From assembly GCA_951406725.2 (NCBI GenBank), contig OX597833.1, forward strand, positions 72,292,001 through 72,356,000: 64,000 nt of DNA. The letters are read 5' to 3'. Below are positions 10,220-28,916 of this stretch, in pieces. Source of the DNA: Octopus vulgaris. Its lineage: Eukaryota. The first letter of the stretch is position 1. Each line of letters opens with the position of its first letter. The position numbers and the translations under genes were made by a program. The notes under the pieces were generated by a model, which saw nothing but the letters and a program-made list of their open reading frames with translations, was not told the DNA's origin and did no database searches.

Positions 10220-12130
10220 GGTCTTCTCAAGGACCTCATATAGCTAGACATCTCAGTCAATTGAAATTTCCTCTGTGAGGTGCACCTTCCTGAGATCTGT
10301 ACTTACCACTTCATCCCATGTCTTCTTGGGTCTCCCTCTTCCATGAGTACCATCCACTTTCAGTGATCAGCACTTCTTTATGCTGCTGTCCTCATTCATA
10401 CACATCACATGTCCAAACCAACATTGTCTTCTCTCTTGCATGCTACATTTGATTCATCTTATTCTCAGCTTTTCTCTCGATACATTTGCACTTTGTCATA
10501 CATGGTTACTGCACATCCAATGGAGCATACTGCCTTCATTTCTCTCCAGTCTATGCATGTGTTCTGCATTCAGGGCCCATGTCTCACTACTATGGAGTAT
10601 AGCTGCCTGCACACAAGCATCATGCAGTCTACCTTTCACTGTAGAAACAATACTTTCAGAACATCCTCCACCATTGCTAATTTGGTCACCTAAGTAGGAG
10701 AAACTATCTTCAATCTCAAGATAGCTTCCTGGGCATTTTGAGAGAATCTAAGTCCCATGTGCTCTTGGTGTTCCTGCACATCTGCCACATACAAAGATGA
10801 CTTTATCTGTTAATCTACCTGTGATTCCACTGCACCTCTTGTGTGTCCATAGTTTACAGGGGGATGCAGCAAATGGAATTTCTTCTAACTCATTTCCTAC
10901 ATATTGAGCAGGAGCCATTTAGCAGATGGAAAGAGAGTTTTATCTTCTTTCTTACTAATAACAACTTTGGTCTTAGCTAGGCTAACTTTAAGGCCCTTTG
11001 ATTCCAGGTTTTGTTTCCATACCTGGAATTTCTTCTCCAATTCTGCTAAAGACTTTGCAATAAGAGCAAGGTCATGAGCATATAGCAGTTCCCACAGGCA
11101 CTCAGTTTTGAATTCCTCTCTTATGGCCTGGAGGACTATAATGAATAAGAGTGGACTAGGAACTGGGCCCTGGTGAACCCCTACTTGTACAGTAAATTCA
11201 TCACTGTATTAATGGCTGACTCTCGCCTTACTCTCACCATCACAGTACATGGCTTGTACAGCTCTAACAAGCCACTCCTCTACTCCTAACTTCCTTAGAG
11301 ACCACCATATAACAGAACATTTGAAAGCTTTCTCCAGGTCAATGAAGGCTAAGTACAATGGCTTATTTCTGGTCAAGTGCTTTTTCCGCAGCTGTTTCAC
11401 TAAGAAGATGGCATCTGTAGTATTCTTCCCAGGTACAAAACCAAACTGCATCTCATCTAGTTTAATTCTATTCCTAATCAATTGAGCTATAACCCTCTCA
11501 GTAACTTTCATGATTTGGTCTGGCTGTTTAATACCTCTGTAATTATTTCAATCTAAGGCATTACCTTTACCCTTGTGGCAGTTAACTATAATACTACTAC
11601 ACCAGTCATTGAGGATGAAGCCTTCCTGAATAACCAGATTAACTATACAGGTGACTAAGCTGTATCCTATGCCACTGGAAATTTTAATCATCTCGGCAGT
11701 GATTCTTGATGGCCCAGAGCCTTTCCCTGTCTTCATATCCTTAATTGCCTTATCTATTATGCTGCTATCAACTCTGATGGCTGGTCACTCAATTAGTTCG
11801 ATATTTGGTAGACTCTCTTCCCATTCATTTTCCACATTTAGTAACTTTCATAGTGACATTTCCATGCATCTTTCTTCTCTGAGTCACTAAGTGCAAGCAT
11901 ACCATTATCCATTCGCACACATTTCTCACCCACCACATCTCTATTCTCTTTGATACACTGCTTTGCAATCCTGAACACCTCACACCTCTGATCCTCACAC
12001 TGTAGAACATTTGCAAATCTCTTATGTTCTGCTATTCCTTATGCTATGTAAACCTGATGCTTAGCTGCCCTTTTAGCTACCTGATATCATTCTCTGTTTC
12101 CACCATTTTCCCTAGGCTTTCCAGGCCTGT
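10220..12130 (-). pseudogene. 5'-truncated, decayed RTE-clade LINE ORF2 (RT plus PHD-like finger plus C-terminus)
   Basis: The minus strand encodes KGSGPSRITAEM, QFGFVPGKNTTDAIF, LAFIDLEKAF, GVHQGPVPSPLLFI, LLYAHDL (degenerate YADD, ~11075), CSIC...CIPCKLWTHKRC...CGRC and GRGRPKKTWDEVV. It has multiple stops, frameshifts and deletions. Confidence 0.92.
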
Positions 12131-12159
12131 CTTTGTGACCAATCTGGCTTATGTGCCCA

Positions 12160-12775
12160 CTAGACTGATGAAATATGCTGTGCTTGAGAAGACCCGGCAA
12201 GCCAAGTGAGACCATAACTTCGTGGCCTATGCTTGGGGTGTAACCAGCCCACTTATGCATACCTTTCTTTTATTGGACACTAAACTCTGCTTGCGAAGAC
12301 TTGTTGAGGCAGGTGAAATCGAAATCAAATTCGATGACTGGCATCCATGCTAGTGTAGCACTAAGAGCATCATGGGAGTGTGATCGGTGCCAGAGCAGCT
12401 GACTGGCTTCTGTGCTGGTGGCATGTAAAAAGCACCGTTCGAGCATGATCATTACCAGCGTTGCCGGCACTTGTGCTGGGGACATCTGAAAAAACATTCG
12501 AGCAAGGTCATTGCCAGCACCTCTGGACTGGTTCCTGTGCAGGTGACACGTAAAAAACACCATTTGAGCGTGGCCGTTGCCAGTACCGCCTGACTAGCCC
12601 TCGTGCTGGTGGCATGTAAAAGCACCCACGACATTCTCGGAAGGGCATCCAGCTGTAGAAAGTCTGCCAGATCAGATTGCAGCCTGGTGCAGCCATCTGG
12701 TTTACTAATCCTCAGTCAAATTGTCCAACCCATGCTAGCATGGAAAGCAGACATTAAATGATGATGATGATGATA
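12160..12775 (+). mobile_element. RTE 3' end fused to family B repeat
   Basis: atatgctgtgcttgagaagacc (YAVLEKT, the RTE ORF end) is followed by a 3' UTR ending gaaatcgaaatc, tandem gtgctggtggcatgtaaaaagcacc subunits and a (gat)n tail. Confidence 0.8.
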
Positions 12776-12795
12776 TATATATATATATATATATA

Positions 12796-14002
12796 CAGAG
12801 GTTGGACGAAATAATGGAAACACTTAGCATCATAATTTTGAAATATCTGTAAAACTGTCAAAAGCTTGTTTATTTTTATGTTTTTTGATTTATTATTAGT
12901 TTTGCTTAATAGGTTTTGCGAAAATTGCTGTTTCCTTTCATATATCATCAGGAAAAGGTAATTAAAATTCATTAAAATGACAGAACGATCGGATTTTCAA
13001 GGAGGTCAAATTGTTGGTGCTCGTATGGCAGGCGCTAGCGTAACGAAAACAGCTGAAATGTTTGGCATATCAAGAACTACTGTCTCAAAAGCAATGAAAG
13101 CCTTTGAGAAAGAGGGAAAAAAAACCTTCTCATCGAAAAAACTCTGGAATCAGATAGGGACAGTCGGACTCTAATGTGAATTGTTAGAAAGGATCACAAA
13201 AGTACAGCTCCCAAAATTACTGCAGAACTTAATGACCATCTGGAGAACCCAGTTTCCACAAAAATTGTTCGCCGGGAGCTGCACAAAGCCGGATTTCACG
13301 GGAGGGCTGCAATCAGAAAAACAAACATTGCAGAATTGGTCCCTTGAGCAGTAGAAGAATGTTGTTTTCTTGGACAAGTCATCCTTTACCTTATATCCAA
13401 CTTCCAGTCAAGTATATGTGTGGAGACAGCTAAAAGAAGCATCTGACCTAGACTGCTTCTTCCAACTGTTAAACACGGAGGAGGATCTGTGATGATCTGG
13501 GGAGGCTATATCTTGGAAATTCTGCCAGCCCAATGGTTTTCCTTCATGGCAGAATTAATAGTCAAGACTAATCATTTTGTCTGATCAAATTCATCCTATG
13601 GTTGCGGAACTGTTTCCGGAGGGAAATGCAATCTTTCAGGATGAGAATGCACCAATTCACACAGCTAAAGTTGTTATTGAATGGCATGAGGAAACATTCT
13701 AGTGAAGTTGAACATCTTACCTGGCCACCACAGTCCCCAGATCTCAATATTACTGAACATTTATGGTGCTTTTTAGAAAAACAAGTAAGGAGTCCATATC
13801 GTCCACCATCATCACTACAAGAACTGGAGACTGTTTTAGCTGAAGAATGGACAAAACATTCCTTTGGAAACAATTCAAACTTTGTTCGAGTCCATACCTC
13901 GTAGAATTCAAGCTGTAATTACTGCCAAAGGCAGTCCTACTCCATATTAAAATAGATTTGTTTGAAATTTTATGGGGTTTCCATTATTTTGTCCAATCCC
14001 TG
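12796..14002 (+). mobile_element. TIR-to-TIR Tc1/mariner DNA transposon (1207 bp), DD36E spacing
   Basis: The TIRs are CAGAGGTTGGACGAAATAATGGAAACAC and, on the reverse complement, CAGGGATTGGACAAAATAATGGAAACCC. TA flanks both ends and a transposase remnant lies inside. Confidence 0.93.
12977..13950 (+). pseudogene. Tc1-family transposase pseudogene
   Basis: It translates MTERSDFQGGQIVGARMAGASVTKTAEMFGISRTTVSK (paired-like HTH), VVFLDKSSF, TVKHGGGSVMIWG, FQDENAPIH, WPPQSPDLNITEHLW and SIPRRIQAVITAKGSPTPY*. It contains frameshifts and stops. Confidence 0.93.
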
Positions 14003-14049
14003 TATATATGGGAATTTCACTGCTTTTTGTTTTAGCCAATCCAGATTTA

Positions 14050-14208
14050 GCCGATCTGTAGTAAGAAGGTTGCTTTTCAACCGCTTGGCTCCAGATTCTG
14101 TCCCACTCTGTGATACCTTGGGTAGACAGATGTCTTCTACTGTAGCCCCAGGCTGACCAAAGCCTTGTGAATGGATCTGGTAGATGGAAACTGAAAGAAG
14201 CCCATCAT
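14050..14208 (+). mobile_element. SINE family A degenerate 5' half
   Basis: tgtcttctactgtagccccaggctgaccaaagccttgtgaatggatctggtagatggaaactgaaagaagccc. Confidence 0.75.
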
Positions 14209-14685
14209 ATATATATATATATATATGCATATTTATATTATTTGATTGAGTTCTGAGCGATTTCAAGAAGTTTTATAGGCCCCTGACAGGTGCCTGTCTC
14301 TTTCAGGCTGAAAGACACGGGGGCTGCGTGGAATTGACTCAAACTCTTTTAAATAATACATGGTAACTCCTGCTAAATGTGTTGTCCACTCACTTGTATA
14401 GATATGTGTGTATATATGTGACTATAGTTGAAAACATTTGCTCAAGGTGTTATCATTGAGTGGGACTAAACCTGGAAAGTAAGCCCTTTAGCCCATGGTC
14501 AGTCACTGAGGGAGTCTAGAGACTGGATTTGCAAGGAAAAGCAGCAAAATTCCCCTGAATCCACACACTAACATCTGAAAACAAAATAGGATGGTCAAAA
14601 CTGGAAAGCTTTGATCAAAGGATTTATTCAAATAAAATTGACCTGGGCCCAGACAAGACAATCTGGCTGTCTGCAAGGAGAATAT

Positions 14686-14716
<31 letters not shown>

Positions 14717-14929
14717 GGGAGAATGGGACAGGAAAATAAAGAGAGGTCAGTGGATGTGTGTGCTTGAAGCAATGCATGCGTGTCTCAATCAGGGCTGTCC
14801 CCTCTCTGTGTCGCCAACTTCCTTGTAGACCTCCTCCCATCTACCTACTACATACTGACCCAACTCCTCTTTTCATGACACCGCCATCGCCACCACCACT
14901 GCTACTGCTGCTGCCAACACCACCGAGAC

Positions 14930-15054
14930 AACGAGGGGGCCGCGATGTGTTTGTTTAATCGGCTAGAAATAGTAACCAAAACCCCCTTCAATGCCATCTC
15001 ACAGTTGTAATAAAAGGAGAACATAACGCATTATGTAGTCCTGCATACCACCGC

Positions 15055-15090
<36 letters not shown>

Positions 15091-15335
15091 CCCCCCCCCA
15101 CCACCAAAAAAACAAAACAAAAAAAAAAAACAGGATTATCACGGCTGGAATGTCTTTGAATCGTAGGTCTACTTTTCGAGCGCATGGGACAATTCAAATG
15201 ATATTCCTATTTTAAAACTGAAATGACGCATTGGATGATGTTGTTATTCTTAGGCCCACGGGATGGTCTTCGCTGGAATGACCTTCGCTTATAACCTGCT
15301 TGGGCTAACCTTGGGTTAAAGAACGACAACCAACA
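14930..15335 (+). repeat. dispersed repeat family E (gctagaaatagcagccaaat... family), interrupted by (AAT)n
   Basis: It shares gctagaaatagtaaccaaa, atgtagtcct and ggctggaatgtctttga with copies at ~41140, 42580, 46200, 48240, 52050, 53130, 55420, 56410 and 57040. Confidence 0.7.
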
Positions 15336-16188
15336 ACCATTGCTTGTCATCCACCCGGTCGTCGCCGCCGCCGCCGCCGACAAAGGTACACGTGCTCGCT
15401 GAACGGTTTTCGGCAGGAGACTTCCTCCCTGTCAACCGTTTCCCTCTTCTTTCCAGCCAGTGGTTTCGCTCGGTTGTTGTCATTTGTTCTTCCTGTTATT
15501 GTAAAAAAGTTGCTTTGAAAAAAACCAACAAAAAAATGAAATAAAAACAAAAAGGAAATCGAGGACCTAAAAGTCGCACTCAACTACATTGAAATTCAAA
15601 GTCGTCCCTTAAACAATTTTAAGGTGAAAAGGGGATAAAAGAAGTTTACAGAGGAAAGGCGGGGGGAAAGAGAAAATAAAATAAAGCTGCGATAATAAAT
15701 CAGTTAACAGTCAGCAATTAAGGAACTGTCCCCGAGGGATCATTTGTTATGAGGCCGCATTGGTTTTCCTTTTTTTATTCTTCTCTCAAATAATGCATTA
15801 TTTTGGCTCTCTTTCTTTTTTACCGAAATCCATTCATATTTATGACTATAATTTGCAATATATATATTAAAGTTTACACACATACACTCACTATATATAT
15901 ACATATATATATGAATATATATATGTATATGTATGTATACACACATATATATATACATATATATGTGTGTGTGTGTATATATATATATACATATATATAT
16001 GAATATATATATGTATATGCATGTATACACATATATATATATACATATATATGTGTGTGTGTGTTCACATGATCACACTTATACGAGATATACAGCGCAT
16101 ATCTACACACAAACACGCCGAGGCCAGTAATGCACAGAGGCGTGCATAAGTGTATGAGCACACACACACACACACACACACACGTATG

Positions 16189-16227
<39 letters not shown>

Positions 16228-16357
16228 AGTGGTGGTGGTGGTGGTGGGTAAGAGCAGCCCAGCAGTTGTTCCCTTGGCAAAATGGCTTGTTTTAAAATGG
16301 GAACACAAACACTATTTGTTCCCCCTCCCCCTCCACACACACACCTAACTGTCTTCT

Positions 16358-16391
<34 letters not shown>

Positions 16392-16919
16392 CATGTGTAT
16401 GGCTCAGCATGTTTGCATGTGTGTGCAAGTGGCCGTGTGTGTGTGTGTGTGTGTGTGTGTATTGCCTGCTGGAGATGTCGTATTAAATATTTGGGAAGAA
16501 GAAGAAGAAAGAGAAAGCATGTAAAGTAGTGGGAAGCATTGGTGTGCTTCGGGCCTACTGTATATTGCCTTACATTAAACGGGCGGCGGCGGGGCGGGGG
16601 GGGGGGGAAGAAGAAGAAGCAAAAAAAATGTAACAAATACACACATATACGTTTGTGTGTATGTACATACACACACACACATATATATATACATACATAC
16701 ATTTGTATATATATATATGTATGTATATATATATATGTATGTATATATATATGTGTATATGTATGTATATATGTATATATATGTATGTATGCATACGGTG
16801 GTGCATCAGCATGGCCGCAGCTCTGAGCTGAAACTAGAGAGAAAAAAATATGTATGTATATAGAAGAATAGAGAAACATTTTTGAAATTGAATAAATTGA
16901 CATCTATCAATCTGTTTGT

Positions 16920-17511
<592 letters not shown>

Positions 17512-18087
17512 GCTTATTTTTCGTGTTTATGTATATATATATATATATATAGATATATACATACACACTGTTATATATATATATATATATATGATATATA
17601 CATAAATATATATGTACACCTACAAACATCCATATGTACATGTATGTATGTATGTATGTATAGATGGAGGATATTGTGTGCGTGCGTCTATATAACAACT
17701 ATATATGCATATCCATCTCTCGCGAATCTCCTGTTTGTGTGTGTGAGTGTGCATGGGCATCTGAGTGGTGTGTATACGAATGCATTTATTTTTTTCATAG
17801 GAGAAAGTAGAAGGTCTTATTGGATGAGGTTGGCAGTACGCGGTGAGAAAAGTGGTTTTGTTACGGAATCTCCGCCGCTTATGTAAAACAGACAACAACA
17901 ACAACAGCAGCAACAACAACAGAAACTCCCCGAAACGGCTCAAGAAACAAGGACAGGCAGCAGACCACGAAAATTCCAACTGCAAACTTGTCCATTCCAC
18001 TTATGGCCGTGTAATGTTGTGGGGGAAAAATGTCCTTTAAGGTGCGTCCAATGTTTTATTGGTTTGCTGTTTTTTAATTTGACGCAC

Positions 18088-18410
18088 ATGTATGTGAGTG
18101 TGTGTGTGTGTATATATGTGTGTGTGTATATATTTGTGTGTGTGAGTGTGTGTGTATATATTTGTGTGTGTGAGTGTGTGTATATATTTGTGTGTGTGAG
18201 TGTGTGTATATATATTTGTGTGTGTGAGTGTGTGTGTATATATTTGTGTGAGTGTGTGTGTATATATATTGTGTGTGTGTGTGTGTATGTATTTGTGTGT
18301 GTGAGTGTGTGTGTATATATTTGTGTGTGAGTGTGTGTGTATATATATATGTGTGTGTGTGTATATATTTGTGTGTGTGAGTGTATATTTTTATGTGTGT
18401 GAGTGTGTGT
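18088..18410. repeat. ~28-30 bp minisatellite built from gtgagtgtgtgtgtatatatttgtgt
   Basis: About ten degenerate units are visible. Confidence 0.85.
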
Positions 18411-18484
18411 GGATTCCTCTTCTATTGCCCTGTCTGTATGTCTATTTCTCTATGTATTTATGGATGTGTGCTTGTGTGTATACA

Positions 18485-18537
<53 letters not shown>

Positions 18538-18600
18538 TAGTCTGATCTACTCTCATGTACCTATAGTTATAGCTCTGTATATACACGCGCACACACACAT

Positions 18601-18643
<43 letters not shown>

Positions 18644-19283
18644 CTCACTACAAGAATATCTTTCTATTCAATGAATACAACAATTTCATGACTCCCATAA
18701 TTTTTTAACTCTTCTGCATAACACACACACACACACACACATTGTTTCATCGCCCTTTTCTTTCTTTCTTTCTCTCTATCCCTTCTCCCCCCCCCTTTCC
18801 GAAGTCCTTATCATATTTTTATTTCGCCATCTTCAATAAATTAAACCATTTGGACTGCAACAATAACAACCACAACAACAACAACAACTACTACGTTGCT
18901 ATTGCAATACTACTACAACTCCTGCTGCAATAGTAACAACAACAACAACAGCTACAGTTACTGCAATGATAACCGCAAAATAGTATCTACCTCACCCGAC
19001 CTCACCTAGTCCACCTACCCGCTTTATTGCACACCCCGAATACACTCACCGTCACCGCCACCCTGATATCATTAATTGAGAAGTGCAACCTTCAGAATTT
19101 TGTTGTTGGTGTTGTCCTGATGATGATGATGATGATGATGATAATGATGATGATGATGATGATGATGATGACGACGACGGAAGGTGTTTTTCGTCTCTGC
19201 GATTAATTAGGGTGAAGCGGAGCGAAAGTATTTCTCGGACCATTGAAGGTGCCCCGAGGTAGGAGAGACAGACAGACAGATAG

Positions 19284-19337
<54 letters not shown>

Positions 19338-19412
19338 GATAGATAGATAGATAGATGAATAGATAGACAGACAGATAGATAGATAGATAAATTGATAGAT
19401 AGATAGATAGGT

Positions 19413-19494
<82 letters not shown>

Positions 19495-19526
19495 ATAGAT
19501 AGACAGACAGATAGATAGATAAATAG

Positions 19527-19565
<39 letters not shown>

Positions 19566-19861
19566 GTGAGTGAGAAAGAGATTGACACATTGATTGATAG
19601 ATCGAATTGCTGTGAGATGTGTCTATGTATGTATGTATGTATGTATGTATACACACACATGTACATGTGTATTGACAGAGATTGATTGATTGATAGATAA
19701 AATGGCAGTTAGCTGAATTATATATATTCATATATATATATATAGATATATATACATATATATATATTCATATATATATATACATGCAGACAATTCAGAT
19801 TGTTAGGTTGTTAAATAGACAGATAATTATATATACCTATTTATACGCGATTACTCACACA

Positions 19862-19897
<36 letters not shown>

Positions 19898-20021
19898 CCG
19901 AAGAAGAGAGAGAGAAAATGAAAAAAAAAAATGCATGGAATATTTTTATTTTGTAGGTTTCTAGAAATCATTACATGTCTCTGCCCAATTTTTATTGTAT
20001 TCTATTGTGTATGACATTGTG

Positions 20022-20059
<38 letters not shown>

Positions 20060-20315
20060 TGAAGCCAACGTCGTTCGGTGACCGTCATTGAAATGTCCAT
20101 ACTACGTTGAAGCACACAGTTTGGGGTACATCCACCCGATAACGATCTAGCTTTACTGGGTGGGAGTGAGACAGAAATTTTGTAGTGGAATTTCGATGAA
20201 GAAAAGAGAAAAGAAATCAACACATAACGACGAACATATGCGTATGTATGTATGTATGCCTGTATGTATGTATATACATACATACACACGCATACATGTG
20301 TGTGTGTGTGTTTTA

Positions 20316-20356
<41 letters not shown>

Positions 20357-20489
20357 CATTGAATAATAAATTCAGTTTCTTTTTTAATATAGAATTTAAT
20401 GGAGATTACACAGATATGAACAGATATTTTAACAATAAATAGTAGTTATACGTTCTTTGAAATATAGGTATTGCACATAAGAGTGTAAT

Positions 20490-24570
<4,081 letters not shown>

Positions 24571-25044
24571 AGTGACACTCCAATCCGTCCGTCCACACAA
24601 ATGTGTATGAAAGAACCCACCTCCATCTGATACACACACTAATACACATGCACAAACACACACACATTCACGCACACACACACACACAACACATCCATCC
24701 ATCCATCCATTTATAAAGACCCCCCTCTTTCCTCTCGCTGCACGCACACACACACACACACACACACCTAATTAAACACGGACGTATACACATACAGAGG
24801 AATACATTTTATTTTCACAGACACATAGTTATACATATACATACGCATAAATGTATATGTGATGTGTGTGTGTCCTGTAAAGGAGGCAGCATTTTTATAT
24901 GCTTTAGATTGGATAACCTGACAGACTTATGGGACACAAGATATGCTCTTGTGTATGTACAGTCATACACGCACGTCCACAGAAATATCTATGTGTTTGC
25001 CTACATGTGTTCATTATATATATATGTGTGTATGTGTGTGTGAC

Positions 25045-25082
<38 letters not shown>

Positions 25083-26587
25083 CGTGTGTGTGTCTGTATA
25101 TACATATATAAATATATATGTATACTCATACACCCAAACATAGTTATACACACATATATATACTTAAACACATATTTCTTTATATGTATATGAATATTAA
25201 TGTATATATGTGTTTTCATGTATGTATATGTATACTGATATGTATGTGTGTGTATATGTGTGTGTATATATTTACATATATGTGTGTGTATATATATATT
25301 TACAGCTATATCTACACACATGTATATATATGTATATGTGAATATACATACATATATGTGTGTGTGTATATTCACATGTCTGTATATATACATTGATGTG
25401 CATAGGTTGTTTGAATACAGACACACACACCTTTATACTTATAAATATACTTACATATACACACACACACACACACATATATGTATTGAAAGACAAAGAG
25501 AGAAATGCGCGTGCGCGCCCACACACTTGATAGTACCTGCACGCACACACACACATTTATACACACACTCACATACATATGTATATAATATCAATCATGA
25601 AAGAAAGGGAAACAAAATCCACACGCACAGCCATACACACACACACGCACAGACTTATAGACTCCTACCTACATACACAGACACACACACACGTAGCAAA
25701 TAGAAAAAGCAAACATACACACATAAACACACAGTTCGTTAGAGGAGCTCATACATGCATATACACACACTCGCATAGTCAGTCATACATACAAACAAAC
25801 CGGCGGACACACAGACAAAGGCACGCATGCATACGCACCTCCACACACTGACACTTCTTCACAAACACAATGGTTTACTGATACATACATGCACATATGC
25901 GTACAGCCACACACATACATATACATATATATCTATATATATATACACGCATATACTTTTCCACACGCGCTTTACTTATACATACATTCAGGCAGACATC
26001 TCCACGCACTCACACACACACACGAACACACGCGCACTGACTCTGACACATAAACAGACGGACGGACATACAAACAAAGGCACGCACAACGAACACACAT
26101 ACATACACACACACACTCTCTCTCTCTCTCACTCTCTCTGTATTTGTTTGTCTCTCTCTTTTTCTCATATAGACAAAATGAAAAAAAGAAAAAGAAGTCT
26201 AGTTGGTGTCGTTTCCGGACTGTTGTAAAGCTAAGCTGTGTAGTACTACGGCGGTGCGATTGTGTGCAGTAAGAGATCAGACACTGCCTTACATATTTAG
26301 ATGGACTCGTATCTATCTTCTTCTTCTTCTTCTCTCTCCCAGTCGGCTGCAGTTTAGACACAAAAACCCTCCTCTCAGCCACCACTGTCATCATGTAGGT
26401 AACAAACTATTTCGTTTTTGTTTATATATATATATACAGAAATGTAGGGTGAATCTGTGTGGTTATACATACGTCTAGATGTATGTAGATATTTGTGTGT
26501 AGACAGATAGATAGATAGCAATATGAGTGCATACGGAAGAAATATGTATATCTCATATTTGAGGATATTCTGAAATATGTCTCTTTC

Positions 26588-26618
<31 letters not shown>

Positions 26619-26673
26619 CCCCATACACATGTTTGTGTGTGTGTATATATATATATATATATACCCCATACAC

Positions 26674-26718
<45 letters not shown>

Positions 26719-28667
26719 CCCCATACACATGTGTGTGTGTGTCTTGAATGTAAGGGCTTTGTAATTTTTGCATTTCACTTTCGTTCATTACATTTTTTTG
26801 CTTTTGTGCTTATTTTCGCTTTCCTCTTCTTTTTTGTAAAAATTTACCCTTTTTCTTTCGGTGGTTGCTCGGGTGGTTTGTATGGTATATATATATAATA
26901 TATACAATATATACGCACACACATACACGACAATAAAATAAAGATGGAAAAGAAAGTGTGTGTAATTATTGATAATGTATGTGAGTATCAGCGTGTAGGT
27001 TATATGTATTCTAAGTAATATATACATCCATACATATGTCTTTATATATATGTTCATAAATTACATCTCGGGCACTGCTTTCTCTTTTTTCCTTTTCGCA
27101 TATCCTTCTCACTCTCTCTCTCTCTCTCTTTTTAACCCTTGTGAAACCAAAGAATTGTTTATTATTTAAGTGTTTTAAAATATGTAACTTCGTAATTGGT
27201 TTTGTTTTGAAAAGCAACACTTAATTGAATGTGGGATATTTTGAAAATAATCCGATAGACTGGAATAGAATTGAATTATTTTTGTTTCTTGCCTTTTACG
27301 TTTTCCCATCGATATTACTACGTTGATACATGTCTATTAATGATACTCACACACACATACACAGCGTTGGGGTGTTCATGCCTTTTTTTGTAGTCAGTGT
27401 TTTTGTGGGGAAATATTAAACATCATCATTCACTCCATTGCCGAAGGAGAATAAAATCTCAGTTAAATAAGGAAAGTAATAAAAAAAAGAAACACCCTGA
27501 AAAAATATTGAATATTCATTAATAACAGTCTAATTATTATTATTTCTGGTCATAAATGATGAGAATTAGAATCGAGTTGGACATTCCGCCTGCAGTTGGT
27601 GGTGGAAGGACGGACATTTGTGGGAGGAAAGGGGGAAAAAAGGGTGAAAAACTAACAGGGGCACCTTGCCTGGTGTTGTGAAGAGGGAGAGACGAGTTTC
27701 AACATTTTCTGTTGACAGCCTTCCTCATTTATTTATTTTTCCTTTTAGCCAGAGATTAAATAAATATAAAATAAATACCATTTTTTTTTTGCTAGCTACA
27801 AAAGGGACTGTTTTAGGTATTTTTGTTGTTTAATCTGTCTTCCTGACAAACACTTTCTGCTGGCGGTGGTTTCACCGGACTCGAATACTCCTCTTGGGGT
27901 AGCCAAGACAGGCATGAATGTCACAGACTCCCTCTAGCAACTCTCCTTACCTTTATGGCAATGTAAACATTGCAATTGCTTTTGGTTTACTTTTTAACAT
28001 TGTTTACTAACGATGGGGGTTTATCGTGGTCTTTATTTATAAAAAGATGAGGAGGAGAAAAATAAATACCAAAGTCGTAGACATTCTAAAAAACAAAAAA
28101 ACCCATATCTTCGATGAGAGAATTTAGGGGGTTTTTGAAGGAGAAACGGGTGTCCTTTTTTCGCATTTGTAACGTTTGTGATTTGTTGTTTTTCTCTAAA
28201 TTTTCTAAGACTTTTCTTGTGTTATCTTTTTAAAGATGTTATCTTTTTAAAGATTTCGACAGCGGAACGAAACATTAAAGAAAGAAACCGAGAGACAACA
28301 GCGCAACAATTCTAAAAGCAAAACAAAGGAGATCGAGTAAAAAAAACCCAAAAAACACACATCCAGGTGGAAATAGAGAGAGAGAGAGAGAAGTTGATTT
28401 TAGCGAGAAAAGGGAGATTTAAGAGGAGGGAAAGAAGAGGAAGAAAAACCATGGACACGGTAGGATTAATTGTTATATATATATTTTTTGTATTGTTATA
28501 ACACGTGGGGGGAAATGAATATAGATGTGAGAGAGAAGAGGAAATGTGGAGAGAGAAAAGACAGCGAGGCGAGGCAGCGATTTCAGTGTATGGCCATTGA
28601 GAGTAAGAAGAAAAAAAGAGAAGAAGAAAAAGGAACTAGTTGGGGTATTTTTTCAGGATTATCGTCT

Positions 28668-28699
<32 letters not shown>

Positions 28700-28881
28700 C
28701 ACTGTGACATATCGTTGTTCTTTATGCTTTCTTTCTACTTTCTCATTCTCCCCCCCTCTCTTGTTTCTTCTTTCTCCTGTGAAATCAATTCATTAAGAAG
28801 GTATTTTGCATTATTTTTAAATATTGCTGCACACCTCGACTGATTGAGAGAGAGAGTGTATATATATATATATATATATAT

Positions 28882-28916
<35 letters not shown>

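Noticed and set aside
20040-20180. Possible minus-strand exon (cccag|...KLDRYRVDVPQTVCFNVVWTFQ*)
   Set aside because: The peptide is short with no recognisable homology, and an acceptor-like motif alone is insufficient.
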